From: a virus | Lineage: Duplodnaviria > Caudoviricetes | Length of the DNA stretch: 64,000 bases | Strand: one strand, 5' to 3' | IMG/VR virus record: IMGVR_UViG_3300022555_000003 | Span: 1-64,000 of that record | Shown here: piece after piece, positions 9,595-20,101 of the stretch | Position numbering within the stretch: position 1 is the first letter of the stretch | How the letters are laid out: each line of letters opens with the position of its first letter | Translations under genes and position numbers: made by a program | Notes under the pieces: generated by a model | The model's input: only the letters and a program-made list of their open reading frames with translations | Told to the model about the DNA's origin: nothing | Databases searched by the model: none

Positions 9595-9934
9595 TTCTAT
9601 TATCAATCCACGGTAATCCTAGACTAAGTTCTATATTACAATTTGAACATACTGTTTGTAAATTATTACGTTGAACGTTTGACATTTTGTTGTCTTTATA
9701 ATATACAGTAAATACTTGAGCGTATCTACTTGTGTGTCCACATCTATCACATTTTAATTTTTTCTTATAACCTGATTGTTGCCATTTTGTAATAGAAGGT
9801 TTTATTTTCGAGTCTTTCATACATTGCAAACATTTACTTCTATAATATATTTTTCCATCTCGTAAATAATTAATTGCTTGTGGACGGATATTACATATTT
9901 TACAAATTGGTCTGTTCATAAAAATATTTATCAA
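9578..9934 (-). CDS. Zn-binding HNH-like hypothetical protein
   Basis: CxxC pairs and N.QTVCSNCN. Confidence 0.55.
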   Translation of the reverse strand: MINIFMNRPICKICNIRPQAINYLRDGKIYYRSKCLQCMKDSKIKPSITKWQQSGYKKKLKCDRCGHTSRYAQVFTVYYKDNKMSNVQRNNLQTVCSNCNIELSLGLPWIDNRISADF

Positions 9935-10017
9935 AAACCTTTAAAGGTCAACCTATCTTCGTTAAGACGCTACTTTTTGGACATTTGCGCTAAATAATAC
10001 GTAAGGAGATATATTAT

Positions 10018-13000
10018 ATGGCACTTGTTTCAGCAGGCGTTCAAGTATCTATTGTAGATGAAAGTACTTATTCGATTTCTACACTTGGTACAACACCTCT
10101 GGTTGTAGTTGCAACTTCCGAAAATAAATCTAATCCATCAGGTAATTTAGCCGCATATACAACAGCAGCTAATGCTGGAGAAGTATTTTTGGTTACTTCA
10201 CAGAGAGAATTAGTAACAAATTACGGACAACCAGAATTTTTAGTTAGCAATGGTACTCCAGTACATGGATATGAATTAAATGAATATGGTTTATATGCAG
10301 CTTATAGCGCACTAGGTGTTAGTAATGCAGCCTATGTATTAAGAGCTGATTTAGATTTAAACCAACTTTCAAGCAGCTTGGTTCAACCATCAGGACCCCC
10401 AGCTAATGCTACTTTATGGCTAGACACTGTTAATTCTAAATTTGGTATGTTAGAATGGAATAGTTCAACTGGTTTTAGAGAGATTAACACTTCTAGAATT
10501 AGTGGTGATGGAAAATTATTCGTAATTACATCAACAAATCAGATTAGTGGTAATGAACCTGTTACAAATATTGGTAAACAAGGTGACTACGCTATTGATG
10601 CAACAAATATTGATAACCCTGCATTTTATAAAAATGCTAGTGGATGGGTAGAAGTTGGATCTGCAGATTGGGAAATGAGTTGGCCAACAGTATCAGGTAC
10701 TTCAACATATACACATTCTTCAACTAACGTAACTTTTACAATTACAGGAGCTTCATCTGGTTCTCACGTAATTACTGTTCGAAACGGTAATACAGTATCA
10801 AATATTGCGGCTACTATTAACACAGCGGCTATTACAGGTATTACAGCTAGTGTAACTACAGCTGGTTACTTACAAATATTTTCAAATAGCGTTGCTTCTC
10901 CAATTACTTTATCAAGTTCTTCATCTATTTTAACAAGTCTTGGTATTCCAAATGGTGGTGGATCTTTCAGCTGTCCAAAATACATAGCAAGCAAGCATAC
11001 ACAAGTTCCGGCTGGTGGTGCATGGTCAGCTAATGGTTCAGATCCTAGACCAACAGGTAGTATTTGGTTCAAAACTACTAGCCCAAACAACGGAGCTAGT
11101 ATTAAAGTAAATAGATATTCATCTGCTACACAAACTTGGACTAGTTTGACAACTCCAATTTTCCCTAGCGATGTAGCTATTATTAATGATCCAGTATATG
11201 GAGATCCAAGTGGCGGTGGATTAGGTATTCCTGCATCTTCAACATATATTCAATCATCTATTACAACAGATGTAACAACTTCTCAACCATTATATACTTT
11301 TAAGTTATTTGATCGTGTTGCTGGAGTATCAAGCGTTACTGGTTCAACAGTAAGTCCTACTTTCGTTAACGCAAGTAACGTTATACCTAAGACTTATACA
11401 TTTACATTAAGTGCAAGTACATTACAATCTGGATCATGGGCAATGAGTTCACCTACAACAGTTAGTTTTACTGTTGGAAATAGTGCAACTGCTAATGCAG
11501 GCGTAATTATTACTGCTATTAATAATGCTGGACTTGTAAACGTCAACGCAGAATTAACACCAGCCAACAAAGTTAAAATTACACATGCTGCTGGTGGCGT
11601 TATGGAACTACATGATGGTGCTAATACTCCATTAACAGTGTCTGGTATTACTATTTCAAGTACAGGTGCTCGTGAGAGTGATGTTAATGCTGGTAATATT
11701 TGGATAAGCAACTGGAGACCAGCACTTTATACTGTTGGTAGTTCTCAACCAACAGCTGATCCGCTAAATGGTACTTATTGGTACTATAATAACACTGTAG
11801 AATATGATATTCTTATTAACAATGGTGCTGCATGGAAAGGATATTTACTTGGTGGAACAGATGCCAGGGGATATACACTTTCTTTAACAGATCCAGCAGG
11901 TCCAATTGTTAGTGCTAGTATGCCTACTTCAAATAGTGCTGGAGATCCTTTAGTTGGTGGCGATCTTTGGGTTAATACAAGTGATTTTGAAAATTTCCCA
12001 AGAATTTATCGCTACAATGATATTTCAACAACATGGATTTTAATTGATAACACAGACCATACTTCAGAAAATGGTATTATATTTGCTGATGCTAGATGGG
12101 ATGGATCAGGAACAGTAGATCCAATCACTGATCCTCTACCAACAATTGCAAGCTTACTAAACAGTAACTATGTAGATAGTGATTGTCCAAGTTATGCTTT
12201 ATATCCAAAAGGAACATTACTTTTCAACACTCGCAGATCAGGAATGAACGTAAAGCAATTCGCAGTTAATTATTTTCCAGCAGGCGGACCAGCAGTAACA
12301 AGTACTTGGGTTTCCGCTAGTGGTAATGATTCAAACGGTGTTGCATATCTTGGACGTAGAGCCCAACGTGCTATTGTTGTATCCAAAATGGCTTCAGCAG
12401 TTCTTGCTAATACACAACTATTAGAAGAAACACGCGACTTCAACATTATTTGCGCTCCTGGATATCCAGAGTTAGGTAATGTATTAACTCAATTAAATGT
12501 TAATAGAAAAGAAACAGCTTTTGTCTTACTTGATACACCAATGAGATTAGCTGCTACTAGCAATAATTTATTAGCATATGGTAGTAATTTAGGTGTAGCT
12601 GATGGAACAGATGCTGCGGCCGGTGATGCTCTAATTAATTACGAGTATTCAGCAGCTTATTATCCAAGTGGTTATACACAGAGTTTGGCAGGTGACTTCG
12701 TAGTTGTTCCTCCAACACACATGGCTTTACGTACAATAATTAGAAGTGATCAAAAGAGTTATCCGTGGTTTGCACCAGCTGGAACACGTCGTGGTACAGT
12801 TGATAATGTAAGTGCAATTGGTTATATTGACGGACAAACTGGATCATTTAAGAGTATTGGTGTAAATAACGGATTACGCGATGCATTGTATCAAGGTAAA
12901 GTTAATCCAATTACATTCTTAACTAATTCAGGTATTACAATTTACGGCCAAAAGACAAGATCAGCAAATACTAGTGCATTAGACAGAGTTAATGTTGCTA

Positions 13001-13302
13001 GATTGATCGTATACTTGAGACGTAAGGTTGATTTGATTGCTAGAGATTTCTTGTTTGAACAAAACGATACAGTAACAAGAAAAGAAATCAAAAATGCAAT
13101 TGAAAAAGAACTTATCAGCATTAAATCACAACGTGGAATTTATGACTACAGCGTAATTTGTGACCTCTCAAATAATTCTACAAATACTATAGACAGAAAT
13201 GAACTATATGTAGACGTAGCAATTGAACCAGAAAAATCTGTAGAATTCATTTATATTCCTGTGCGTATTAAGAACACAGGTGATATTCAAGCTGGCTTAT
13301 AA
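10018..13302 (+). CDS. gp18: Tail sheath protein (1094 aa)
   Basis: ALVSAGVQVSIVDES N terminus; PWFAPAG..RG, INPI, ALDRVNVARL and EFIYIP.R C-terminal sheath motifs. Confidence 0.95.
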   Translation: MALVSAGVQVSIVDESTYSISTLGTTPLVVVATSENKSNPSGNLAAYTTAANAGEVFLVTSQRELVTNYGQPEFLVSNGTPVHGYELNEYGLYAAYSALGVSNAAYVLRADLDLNQLSSSLVQPSGPPANATLWLDTVNSKFGMLEWNSSTGFREINTSRISGDGKLFVITSTNQISGNEPVTNIGKQGDYAIDATNIDNPAFYKNASGWVEVGSADWEMSWPTVSGTSTYTHSSTNVTFTITGASSGSHVITVRNGNTVSNIAATINTAAITGITASVTTAGYLQIFSNSVASPITLSSSSSILTSLGIPNGGGSFSCPKYIASKHTQVPAGGAWSANGSDPRPTGSIWFKTTSPNNGASIKVNRYSSATQTWTSLTTPIFPSDVAIINDPVYGDPSGGGLGIPASSTYIQSSITTDVTTSQPLYTFKLFDRVAGVSSVTGSTVSPTFVNASNVIPKTYTFTLSASTLQSGSWAMSSPTTVSFTVGNSATANAGVIITAINNAGLVNVNAELTPANKVKITHAAGGVMELHDGANTPLTVSGITISSTGARESDVNAGNIWISNWRPALYTVGSSQPTADPLNGTYWYYNNTVEYDILINNGAAWKGYLLGGTDARGYTLSLTDPAGPIVSASMPTSNSAGDPLVGGDLWVNTSDFENFPRIYRYNDISTTWILIDNTDHTSENGIIFADARWDGSGTVDPITDPLPTIASLLNSNYVDSDCPSYALYPKGTLLFNTRRSGMNVKQFAVNYFPAGGPAVTSTWVSASGNDSNGVAYLGRRAQRAIVVSKMASAVLANTQLLEETRDFNIICAPGYPELGNVLTQLNVNRKETAFVLLDTPMRLAATSNNLLAYGSNLGVADGTDAAAGDALINYEYSAAYYPSGYTQSLAGDFVVVPPTHMALRTIIRSDQKSYPWFAPAGTRRGTVDNVSAIGYIDGQTGSFKSIGVNNGLRDALYQGKVNPITFLTNSGITIYGQKTRSANTSALDRVNVARLIVYLRRKVDLIARDFLFEQNDTVTRKEIKNAIEKELISIKSQRGIYDYSVICDLSNNSTNTIDRNELYVDVAIEPEKSVEFIYIPVRIKNTGDIQAGL

Positions 13303-13324
13303 TTAGACCTAAGTAGTAGAACAC

Positions 13325-13352
13325 AATGGCGCATATTAAGTTATGCGCCATT
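13325..13352. terminator. Palindromic terminator-like hairpin; inverted copy of 14943..14970
   Basis: aatggcgcatattaagttatgcgccatt followed by T run. Confidence 0.8.
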
Positions 13353-14879
13353 TTTATTTTCATTGGTCCACAACCATTTAGCATGACCACAATCCCAAAT
13401 TCGATCATATCCTTGTAATTGTCTATTTTCCCATTCAGTTAAAGATTGGTCATCATCTTTGTTTTTACGTAATGAATACCGATGAATCCTGGTCATGTCT
13501 GGCAATTGAAAATACCAATAACCAGGTACAGTATTTTCTACAAATGTAAAGCCAAGATGTTTATATGAATTACCAGTAAACCATCTAAGATCTGCATAAC
13601 TTATTACTTTTATTGGATTAATATTTTTAATAAAATGAGCAAATAACCTACTTGCACCACCTATTACTTTGATATCTAGAACACCAGCCATCCGTTGTAT
13701 TTCCCAAGTATCTTTATTACCACGGCTTATATTTGAATTTGAAAAAGTCATTACATATACTAATTTGTTCTGACAAAATAAGCCATATTTGATATTAGAT
13801 TTTGCATAACCGTGTATATGATTTTCTTCTAGAAATAATCTTGCATCTACAGTAGAAATTTCTTTTATAATACATTTTCTAGCAAATATCTTATCTGTTA
13901 TTAGTCCAAGCTTATTTTTAAGCATTGCTTTAACTAATTCTTGTTTATTAGACCATTCGTCTTCAAAAATAGTAATTAGGTCAATACCTTTTTTATTACA
14001 TTGATCACATTTATATCGGTGATATTCTTGGCCCTTACCCATAGTATCACTATGCCAATATAACCCACAATATTCAATAGCTATTTTCTTATTTGGTAAA
14101 AACACATCTAATTCAAGTGGCGAAATTTGCATTCTGTCACCAGAAACAGTTACTGGTTCTAAATTTAATATAAATTTAAATACTTCTAATTCGGCTTTAC
14201 TTTTATAAATATTATCTATTGGTCTACATATTGGACAAAAATCTATTCTAAACTTATCTGGTTTTGTTGCTTGGGCTGTTCTGGAAAAACTAGTATTACA
14301 AATTAAGCAATTACAAAAATAAACTTTAAAATTATCATGACCATATAAATTGATATTATGCAATAATAGAAATGCTTTGTATTTTTCAAATGTATTTAAT
14401 TTTCTTTCTTCCCATTTTTCTTTTGATGACGAAACTATTTTATTCTTAGATTCTTGAGAATGATGTTTTCCTTTCATGCTACTAACAATTGGACCTTTTG
14501 CTCGTTTTGTAGCATATGCTTTTTTAGATCGTTCTTTTAGCTCATCTTGATTATTAATAGCATATTCGTGATTTTTTTGACTTAGAACTTTCTTCTTTTC
14601 ATCAGAACATATTGATCCTCGTTTAATTTCACCACGTTGAAATCGCTCTTCTCGTAGCGTAATAGCAATTCTCATATTTTCTAATGCTACTGGATCAGTA
14701 AGTTTTTTTCCTTTATTATGAGCTGTTTTTCCAAGTTTTAATGCTATTGATTCCTCGCTCCACAATGAACCATATAATGCCGAATATTCTTTTCCAGACA
14801 TATTATGTTCGGAATTTAAATGTTGGTACGGAATAATCTTCGGGAATTTTTTATTACATAATTTACATATAATGGACAT
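13341..14879 (-). CDS. Free-standing homing-endonuclease-like protein (PD-(D/E)XK / Vsr-Hef-like)
   Basis: ELDVFLPNKKIAIEYCGLYWHS...ITIFEDEW; N-terminal Zn fingers and NUMOD3-like repeats; lies antisense between sheath and tube. Confidence 0.75.
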   Translation of the reverse strand: MSIICKLCNKKFPKIIPYQHLNSEHNMSGKEYSALYGSLWSEESIALKLGKTAHNKGKKLTDPVALENMRIAITLREERFQRGEIKRGSICSDEKKKVLSQKNHEYAINNQDELKERSKKAYATKRAKGPIVSSMKGKHHSQESKNKIVSSSKEKWEERKLNTFEKYKAFLLLHNINLYGHDNFKVYFCNCLICNTSFSRTAQATKPDKFRIDFCPICRPIDNIYKSKAELEVFKFILNLEPVTVSGDRMQISPLELDVFLPNKKIAIEYCGLYWHSDTMGKGQEYHRYKCDQCNKKGIDLITIFEDEWSNKQELVKAMLKNKLGLITDKIFARKCIIKEISTVDARLFLEENHIHGYAKSNIKYGLFCQNKLVYVMTFSNSNISRGNKDTWEIQRMAGVLDIKVIGGASRLFAHFIKNINPIKVISYADLRWFTGNSYKHLGFTFVENTVPGYWYFQLPDMTRIHRYSLRKNKDDDQSLTEWENRQLQGYDRIWDCGHAKWLWTNENKNGA

Positions 14880-14942
14880 AGCAGTTAAACCTCATAATAC
14901 TATTTATGCCTGTATCATTACTATTATAACATAAATCATGGC

Positions 14943-14970
14943 AATGGCGCATAACTTAATATGCGCCATT
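14943..14970. terminator. Palindromic hairpin; inverted copy of 13325..13352
   Basis: aatggcgcataacttaatatgcgccatt. Confidence 0.75.
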
Positions 14971-14979
14971 CGCTGTATC

Positions 14980-15222
14980 TTAACCTAAACTTACAAATTT
15001 ATTCAATTTGTCTGCTTCTGCAATTATTTCTGTTGTTGTTGGTAGATCTGGGAAAGTTGGGAAATCCATAGGGTTTTCTGGTTCATTTTGTCCTGGATAA
15101 ACTTCTCTTCTAGATTTATACTCAGCTAATAAAGATTCTCTTTTTAATATAACTGGAGTATGCAGGATTGTTACTGATAATTTGAGTAACTCAAGTCTAA
15201 TTTCATAAGGCGTTTTTGCCAT
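14980..15222 (-). CDS. Small conserved-type phage protein
   Basis: Likely start MAKTPYEIRLELLK with upstream aaagga. Confidence 0.6.
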   Translation of the reverse strand: MAKTPYEIRLELLKLSVTILHTPVILKRESLLAEYKSRREVYPGQNEPENPMDFPTFPDLPTTTEIIAEADKLNKFVSLG

Positions 15223-15319
15223 GTGTGTTTTCCTTTGTGACATTGTCACAAAGATATTTATATACATTTTTAAACCCAGGGCAAAAATTAGCTTTTCACT
15301 CAAAGATTTTACCAAATAC

Positions 15320-15328
15320 TGATAAATA
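15320..15328 (+). promoter_or_regulatory. Representative late-promoter motif (G/C)ATAAATA / CTAAATA
   Basis: Recurs just upstream of late genes (about 8100, 9990, 15321, 17234, 19470, 21305, 22222, 29482, 32737, 61328, and on the minus strand at 14901, 32681, 36897); resembles T4 TATAAATA. Confidence 0.7.
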
Positions 15329-15349
15329 TTACTGTAGGAGATTACAATT

Positions 15350-15991
15350 ATGGCAATCGCAAGTTTGACAAAATTTACAGTTCCGCTGGGTGGGGGTCAG
15401 ACTTCTGCCAGCCAAGGTCTGTTAATGCCAAAGTTAAAATATAGATTTAGAATCACGTTTTTAAATTTTGGTGTAAGTGGAAGTTCAACAGAACTTTCAA
15501 AGCAAGTTATGACATTCAAAAGACCAACAGTTACTTTTGAACAAGGTGTAATTGATATTTACAACAGCAAACTAAAGTATGCTGGTAAGTATAATTGGGA
15601 AGATACTTCTGTTCAACTACGTGACGATGCAAGCGGGCAAGTTAGCCGATTAGTTGGTGAACAAGTTCAGAAGCAATTTGATTTTATGGAACAAGCTAGT
15701 GCAAGATCAGCAGCTGATTATAAGTTCCAAATGAATTGCGAAATTTTAGATGGTGGCAATGGCGCATTTGATCCAAATACATTGGAACAATGGGAAATTT
15801 ACGGATGCTATCTTAAGTCAGTTGACTATGGTGATTTGAGTTACGCTGAAGCAACAGCTCCAGTAACAATCAATCTTGCTATAGCATTTGATAATGCTGT
15901 TCAAACAGACACAAGTACAGGCGTTGGAACAAACCAATTAGGTATCGGTGCAAATGTTGGACGTACATTAGGTGCAGTTCTTATAGGTTAA
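15350..15991 (+). CDS. gp19: Tail tube protein
   Basis: PKLKYRFR...RP......KYAGK..WE...LRDD...GCYL...YGDLSY; ATAAATA and RBS ggag upstream. Confidence 0.9.
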   Translation: MAIASLTKFTVPLGGGQTSASQGLLMPKLKYRFRITFLNFGVSGSSTELSKQVMTFKRPTVTFEQGVIDIYNSKLKYAGKYNWEDTSVQLRDDASGQVSRLVGEQVQKQFDFMEQASARSAADYKFQMNCEILDGGNGAFDPNTLEQWEIYGCYLKSVDYGDLSYAEATAPVTINLAIAFDNAVQTDTSTGVGTNQLGIGANVGRTLGAVLIG

Positions 15992-15994
15992 TTA

Positions 15995-17227
15995 ATGGCA
16001 TTTTTGAACGATTTATTGGGTGGTTTACTTAATACCCAGAATGTGCGGGATGCAGCTCATGCCGACCGCACATTCCATTCTAATAACTACTATTTGTTTC
16101 CAAAAACAAAGAGGTGGTTCCATGTCTGCTTCGATATGACACCAGAGGCTGTATCAAAAGTTAAAACAGTTATGGATTCGTTAGGATATGAGTTTCAATC
16201 TAAAATAATTTCAAATATGTCTGCTACTAGTACTTTAAGCGTATTAGTTAAAAATTCAACTTTACCTGGTTATAAGTTTGAAACAAAAAAATATAATCAA
16301 TACAACAAACAAACCATTGGAATTCATAAAGTTCTGTATGATCCAATTTCAATAGAATTTCACGATGACTCTGCTAATTTTATTAGAAGCTTTTGGTTTG
16401 CTTATTATCAGTATATGGTTCAAGATACCAGATATACAACATATAATAAACAACCTCCGTCTATTCCTTCACAATGGCACAGAAATGATGATAGAGAATT
16501 GAGTAACTTATATAATGTAAGTGATGAAATAAAGAAATCATCATATGGTTTAGATACTGTAGATAATAAGTCAAATTTAAATGGGTTTAATAAGTCATCC
16601 ACATTTTTTAATGCAATTAGAATCTATCAATTTTCTAGACCAACTTCTTCTTCTAAACAAGCTAATTTCATTGAGTACATATTAGTAAATCCTGTTATAA
16701 CTAATTTTAAACATGATCAATTTGATTATGCATCAAATGATATGTCAACACATAAGATGGACATAGATTATGAAACAGTATTATATAATGGTGGATCATT
16801 CAATGACAACGAATCAAATATTCCAACATGGGACGAAATACAAAAAACATATTACGATAACAGAAGTAGCCCACTAAAAACGAACCCATCAACAAGCATA
16901 CTTGGAAGCAATGGAATACTTGGAATACTTGGAACAATTGGAACTGTTGGATCAGCATTTACTGGCGGAAATGTTTCAGCAGTTGGTATTTTAGCAGCTG
17001 GATTACAAGTAGGTAGAACAGTTAATACTTGGAATTCAGCTGGAGGCACTAATGCACTATTAAATAGTGTTAATAGCGAAGGCAGGACATTATCTAATCA
17101 GATTATAAGTAAAACAATTACTGATTCAGTAAACAGTGGGTTAAAAACAGTAGTAGTTCCTAATGTAAAAGGAATAATTAATAATAACAATGGAATAAGT
17201 ACATTGAAACCCCTGTCCACTAATTAA
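15995..17227 (+). CDS. Tail tube-like / baseplate-tube junction protein
   Basis: Tube-fold-like motifs (LP.YKFET..YNQYNK, YDPISIEFHDD, LVNP.I..F.HD.FDY); follows tube gene. Confidence 0.55.
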   Translation: MAFLNDLLGGLLNTQNVRDAAHADRTFHSNNYYLFPKTKRWFHVCFDMTPEAVSKVKTVMDSLGYEFQSKIISNMSATSTLSVLVKNSTLPGYKFETKKYNQYNKQTIGIHKVLYDPISIEFHDDSANFIRSFWFAYYQYMVQDTRYTTYNKQPPSIPSQWHRNDDRELSNLYNVSDEIKKSSYGLDTVDNKSNLNGFNKSSTFFNAIRIYQFSRPTSSSKQANFIEYILVNPVITNFKHDQFDYASNDMSTHKMDIDYETVLYNGGSFNDNESNIPTWDEIQKTYYDNRSSPLKTNPSTSILGSNGILGILGTIGTVGSAFTGGNVSAVGILAAGLQVGRTVNTWNSAGGTNALLNSVNSEGRTLSNQIISKTITDSVNSGLKTVVVPNVKGIINNNNGISTLKPLSTN

Positions 17228-17245
17228 ATACAGATAAATATTTGC

Positions 17246-17566
17246 ATGAGTGATATTTTAAATAATCAGGTTACAGATAACGGTATCGACCCACTTGCAT
17301 ACGAAGAACTTAAATTTATTGTTTCTTCACGAGTAGAAGATCCTATATTACTAAATGAATATATTGGTGCTTATGCTATGGTAGCTCAAAGTTTAAATTT
17401 AACTATACCGCAATTCGTTGACTTACTACGAAATTTAGGTGGAGAATTCGAACAAGATGCTTTCTTGGCTGGATATTTAAATCAGAATAGAGTAGCTAAT
17501 GCTAAAATTGGTGTTTTATTAGAGCTTAACACTCCATTTTATGTTAGACGGGAGATTAAAGCTTAA
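17246..17566 (+). CDS. Hypothetical structural protein
   Basis: ATAAATA upstream; 106 aa. Confidence 0.5.
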   Translation: MSDILNNQVTDNGIDPLAYEELKFIVSSRVEDPILLNEYIGAYAMVAQSLNLTIPQFVDLLRNLGGEFEQDAFLAGYLNQNRVANAKIGVLLELNTPFYVRREIKA

Positions 17567-18000
17567 TGGCAAATAGATATCATCAAGGAATTTATATTCC
17601 AAAAAATCCTAACAAATGTCTAAATAAAAATCGTATAATTTATAGGTCGTCATGGGAAAATACTTTTTGTCAGTATTGTGATAATAATAAAAGTATATTA
17701 CAATGGGCAAGTGAATCTATTGCGATACCATATATGTGCCCTTTCAAAAAGAAAATAGCTAGATATATTCCAGATTTTTTCATAATCTATCTAGATAGAG
17801 ATGGAGTCAAACATGCAGAGATTATTGAGATTAAGCCTAACAATCAAACAGGAAAAATAAAAACGAAAAGTCGTAATAATGCTTATGCCGCGGTTAAGAA
17901 TACTGCAAAGTTTCAAGCAGCAGAAGCCTATTGTGCAAAACAAGGAATTTCATTCCGAGTATTAACTGAAAATGAAATCTTCCATCAAGGTAAAGTATGA
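17566..18000 (+). CDS. Head completion nuclease (gp4-like, TnsA-N fold)
   Basis: YRSSWE, WASESIAIPY, YIPDF, EIKP motifs. Confidence 0.9.
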   Translation: MANRYHQGIYIPKNPNKCLNKNRIIYRSSWENTFCQYCDNNKSILQWASESIAIPYMCPFKKKIARYIPDFFIIYLDRDGVKHAEIIEIKPNNQTGKIKTKSRNNAYAAVKNTAKFQAAEAYCAKQGISFRVLTENEIFHQGKV

Positions 18001-18473
18001 ACATTAAGTTGAACGAAGTATTTAATATAGCTCCTGAAGTTAAAGAAGTAGAGTTTACAGAAAAACCAATGGTAGAAATTGTTAAACAAGTTGAATGTTT
18101 AGATAAAATAGACTCAGCATTACCACATGTTGAAGGTATGGTTGATGATGCTGAAATGGATGAGTTAGCTAAAACAGCATTAGATGGTTATACAGCATTA
18201 TTTGAACTAGGTATGAATGTAGATCCAAAGCAAGCTGGTGAAATTTTTAGTGTTGCTGGAAATTTGTTAGGTCATTCAATTACAGCAAGACAAAATAAAA
18301 TACTTAAAAAATTAAAAATGGTGGAATTGCAGATTAAAAAACATAGGATTGATACAGCTAAGGAACTTGCAAAGAAATCTTTAGGCGATGATGAACAAGT
18401 TATTACAGGAACAGCAACAGTGATTGATCGCAACTCATTGATTGCTCAACTTAGTGCTAAGAAATCAGTATGA
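17997..18473 (+). CDS. Probable terminase small subunit
   Basis: Helical protein ending in DRNSLI, like the end of T4-type gp16; position next to gp4. Confidence 0.45.
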   Translation: MNIKLNEVFNIAPEVKEVEFTEKPMVEIVKQVECLDKIDSALPHVEGMVDDAEMDELAKTALDGYTALFELGMNVDPKQAGEIFSVAGNLLGHSITARQNKILKKLKMVELQIKKHRIDTAKELAKKSLGDDEQVITGTATVIDRNSLIAQLSAKKSV

Positions 18474-19486
18474 AAATAGACGAATTAGCAAAATTTACAA
18501 AGCCAATGGAACATATACCATGGGCTAAAAGTATTAATGATCAATATTTAATATTGTCTAACAATACAGGTAGAGTTAGCTTAATATCAGAAAATAATAT
18601 TTTATGTTTGCACAAAGAAAAGCCAAAAAAATACATTAAAGAGATCAGATTAATAAAATCAGTCTGGTTGATAGTTATTGAAAATGAAAATATAGCAAAT
18701 TGGTATACATTAACTGATGTTATCAATGAGGGACAAAATGAATGGATGAATAACAGATTTCCTAAAGTTACTATTTTAGAAAATATTAATTTAGATGAGA
18801 AAGTAAACGAATTATTTGATGATTGGCAATCTGTTAATTTATTAAAATTTTGGGCAACAAAAATAAATGAAATCAAATTAGTAGATGACATTAAAATTTC
18901 TTGGGAAAAATATGAATCATATTTTAACAAAAGCATAAAAATTGATACTATAGATAATATTTGGGATTTATCTGAGATTGCCATTGGTAATTATATTATT
19001 ATTTTTGCATCTAAATTAGATAATATTTGTGCAATGACTATTTTTGAAAAATCAAACGAACCAAATGGATTAATTGCTAGAAATGCAGTTACTAAACAAG
19101 AAAGTATTGGAAATAACCTAATTGCTAAAATATACAAACGGATAATTGACGATGGAAAAACTGTTATAGTAAGTGATACTATACAAACACCTGGCGGGCG
19201 GGCAGTTTGGACAAAAGGATTGCAAAAACTTGGTATTAATCCAATAGTAGTTAACACAGAAGATGGTTCATCTTTTTCACTTAAACAATGTGATCCATAT
19301 ATTAAAAAAAATGTTGATACTCATTTAATGTTGATCGGAAAATTTTTACCATTAGCTGAAAGTAATATGTGCAGGCCAGGTATTGGATTTTATATGCCTT
19401 ATACAAATAAAGTCAATAAATTATATGAAAGATCAACTATTTCATCAAAACAACTTTTTGAAAAAATTGATAAATACTTACAATAG
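18470..19486 (+). CDS. Putative internal head protein with GNAT-like domain
   Basis: MKIDEL N terminus; GNNLIAKIY...SDTIQTPGGRAVW. Confidence 0.45.
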   Translation: MKIDELAKFTKPMEHIPWAKSINDQYLILSNNTGRVSLISENNILCLHKEKPKKYIKEIRLIKSVWLIVIENENIANWYTLTDVINEGQNEWMNNRFPKVTILENINLDEKVNELFDDWQSVNLLKFWATKINEIKLVDDIKISWEKYESYFNKSIKIDTIDNIWDLSEIAIGNYIIIFASKLDNICAMTIFEKSNEPNGLIARNAVTKQESIGNNLIAKIYKRIIDDGKTVIVSDTIQTPGGRAVWTKGLQKLGINPIVVNTEDGSSFSLKQCDPYIKKNVDTHLMLIGKFLPLAESNMCRPGIGFYMPYTNKVNKLYERSTISSKQLFEKIDKYLQ

Positions 19487-19495
19487 GATATCATA

Positions 19496-20095
19496 ATGAA
19501 AACTTTTACACAATATTTGTCAGAAAGTAAGAAAGAATACGCATTTAGGATTTTATTTTCAGCAAAACCAGCTGCTGATATTAAAGACCACATCAAAAAG
19601 ACATTGGCTGGATATAGTGTTAAGCGAGTTGGTGAGATAAAAACAAAGTTACCTGCACGTGAACACCCATTATTTACTGGTATTGAAAACCCAGAAATTT
19701 TTACTTGTGACGTAGTTTGTGATTATCCAGCTACAGCAGATATGATCAGAAAGTCAATTACAGATTTTGCTATTGATAAAGCAAATGTCGCAGTTGAAAC
19801 ACTCGAACATGCTGAAAGTGTTGCTGCTGAAGATAAAGCAATTGCTGAAAATACAAGCGACACAGCGTTACTAATGAAAGAATATAAAGCAGACAAACAT
19901 AAATCGAGTGATTTTTATGGATCAGCTTACAATGACAAGTTAGTTAAAAATAGTGTTACTAATACTGGTAAAGTAACTATTTCAGGTGGAAATACACCTC
20001 CAGCTAAAACAACAAACGATATTGAAGGAAATCAAAAGTCGGCTATGGGATCTGTTAAACCAAACTTGCCTAAGGTGAAAAGTTTTTTTAAGTAG
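19496..20095 (+). CDS. Putative head/core protein
   Basis: MKTFTQYLSE resembles the T4 capsid-targeting leader MKTYQEFIAE. Confidence 0.55.
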   Translation: MKTFTQYLSESKKEYAFRILFSAKPAADIKDHIKKTLAGYSVKRVGEIKTKLPAREHPLFTGIENPEIFTCDVVCDYPATADMIRKSITDFAIDKANVAVETLEHAESVAAEDKAIAENTSDTALLMKEYKADKHKSSDFYGSAYNDKLVKNSVTNTGKVTISGGNTPPAKTTNDIEGNQKSAMGSVKPNLPKVKSFFK

Positions 20096-20101
20096 AATAT
20101 T

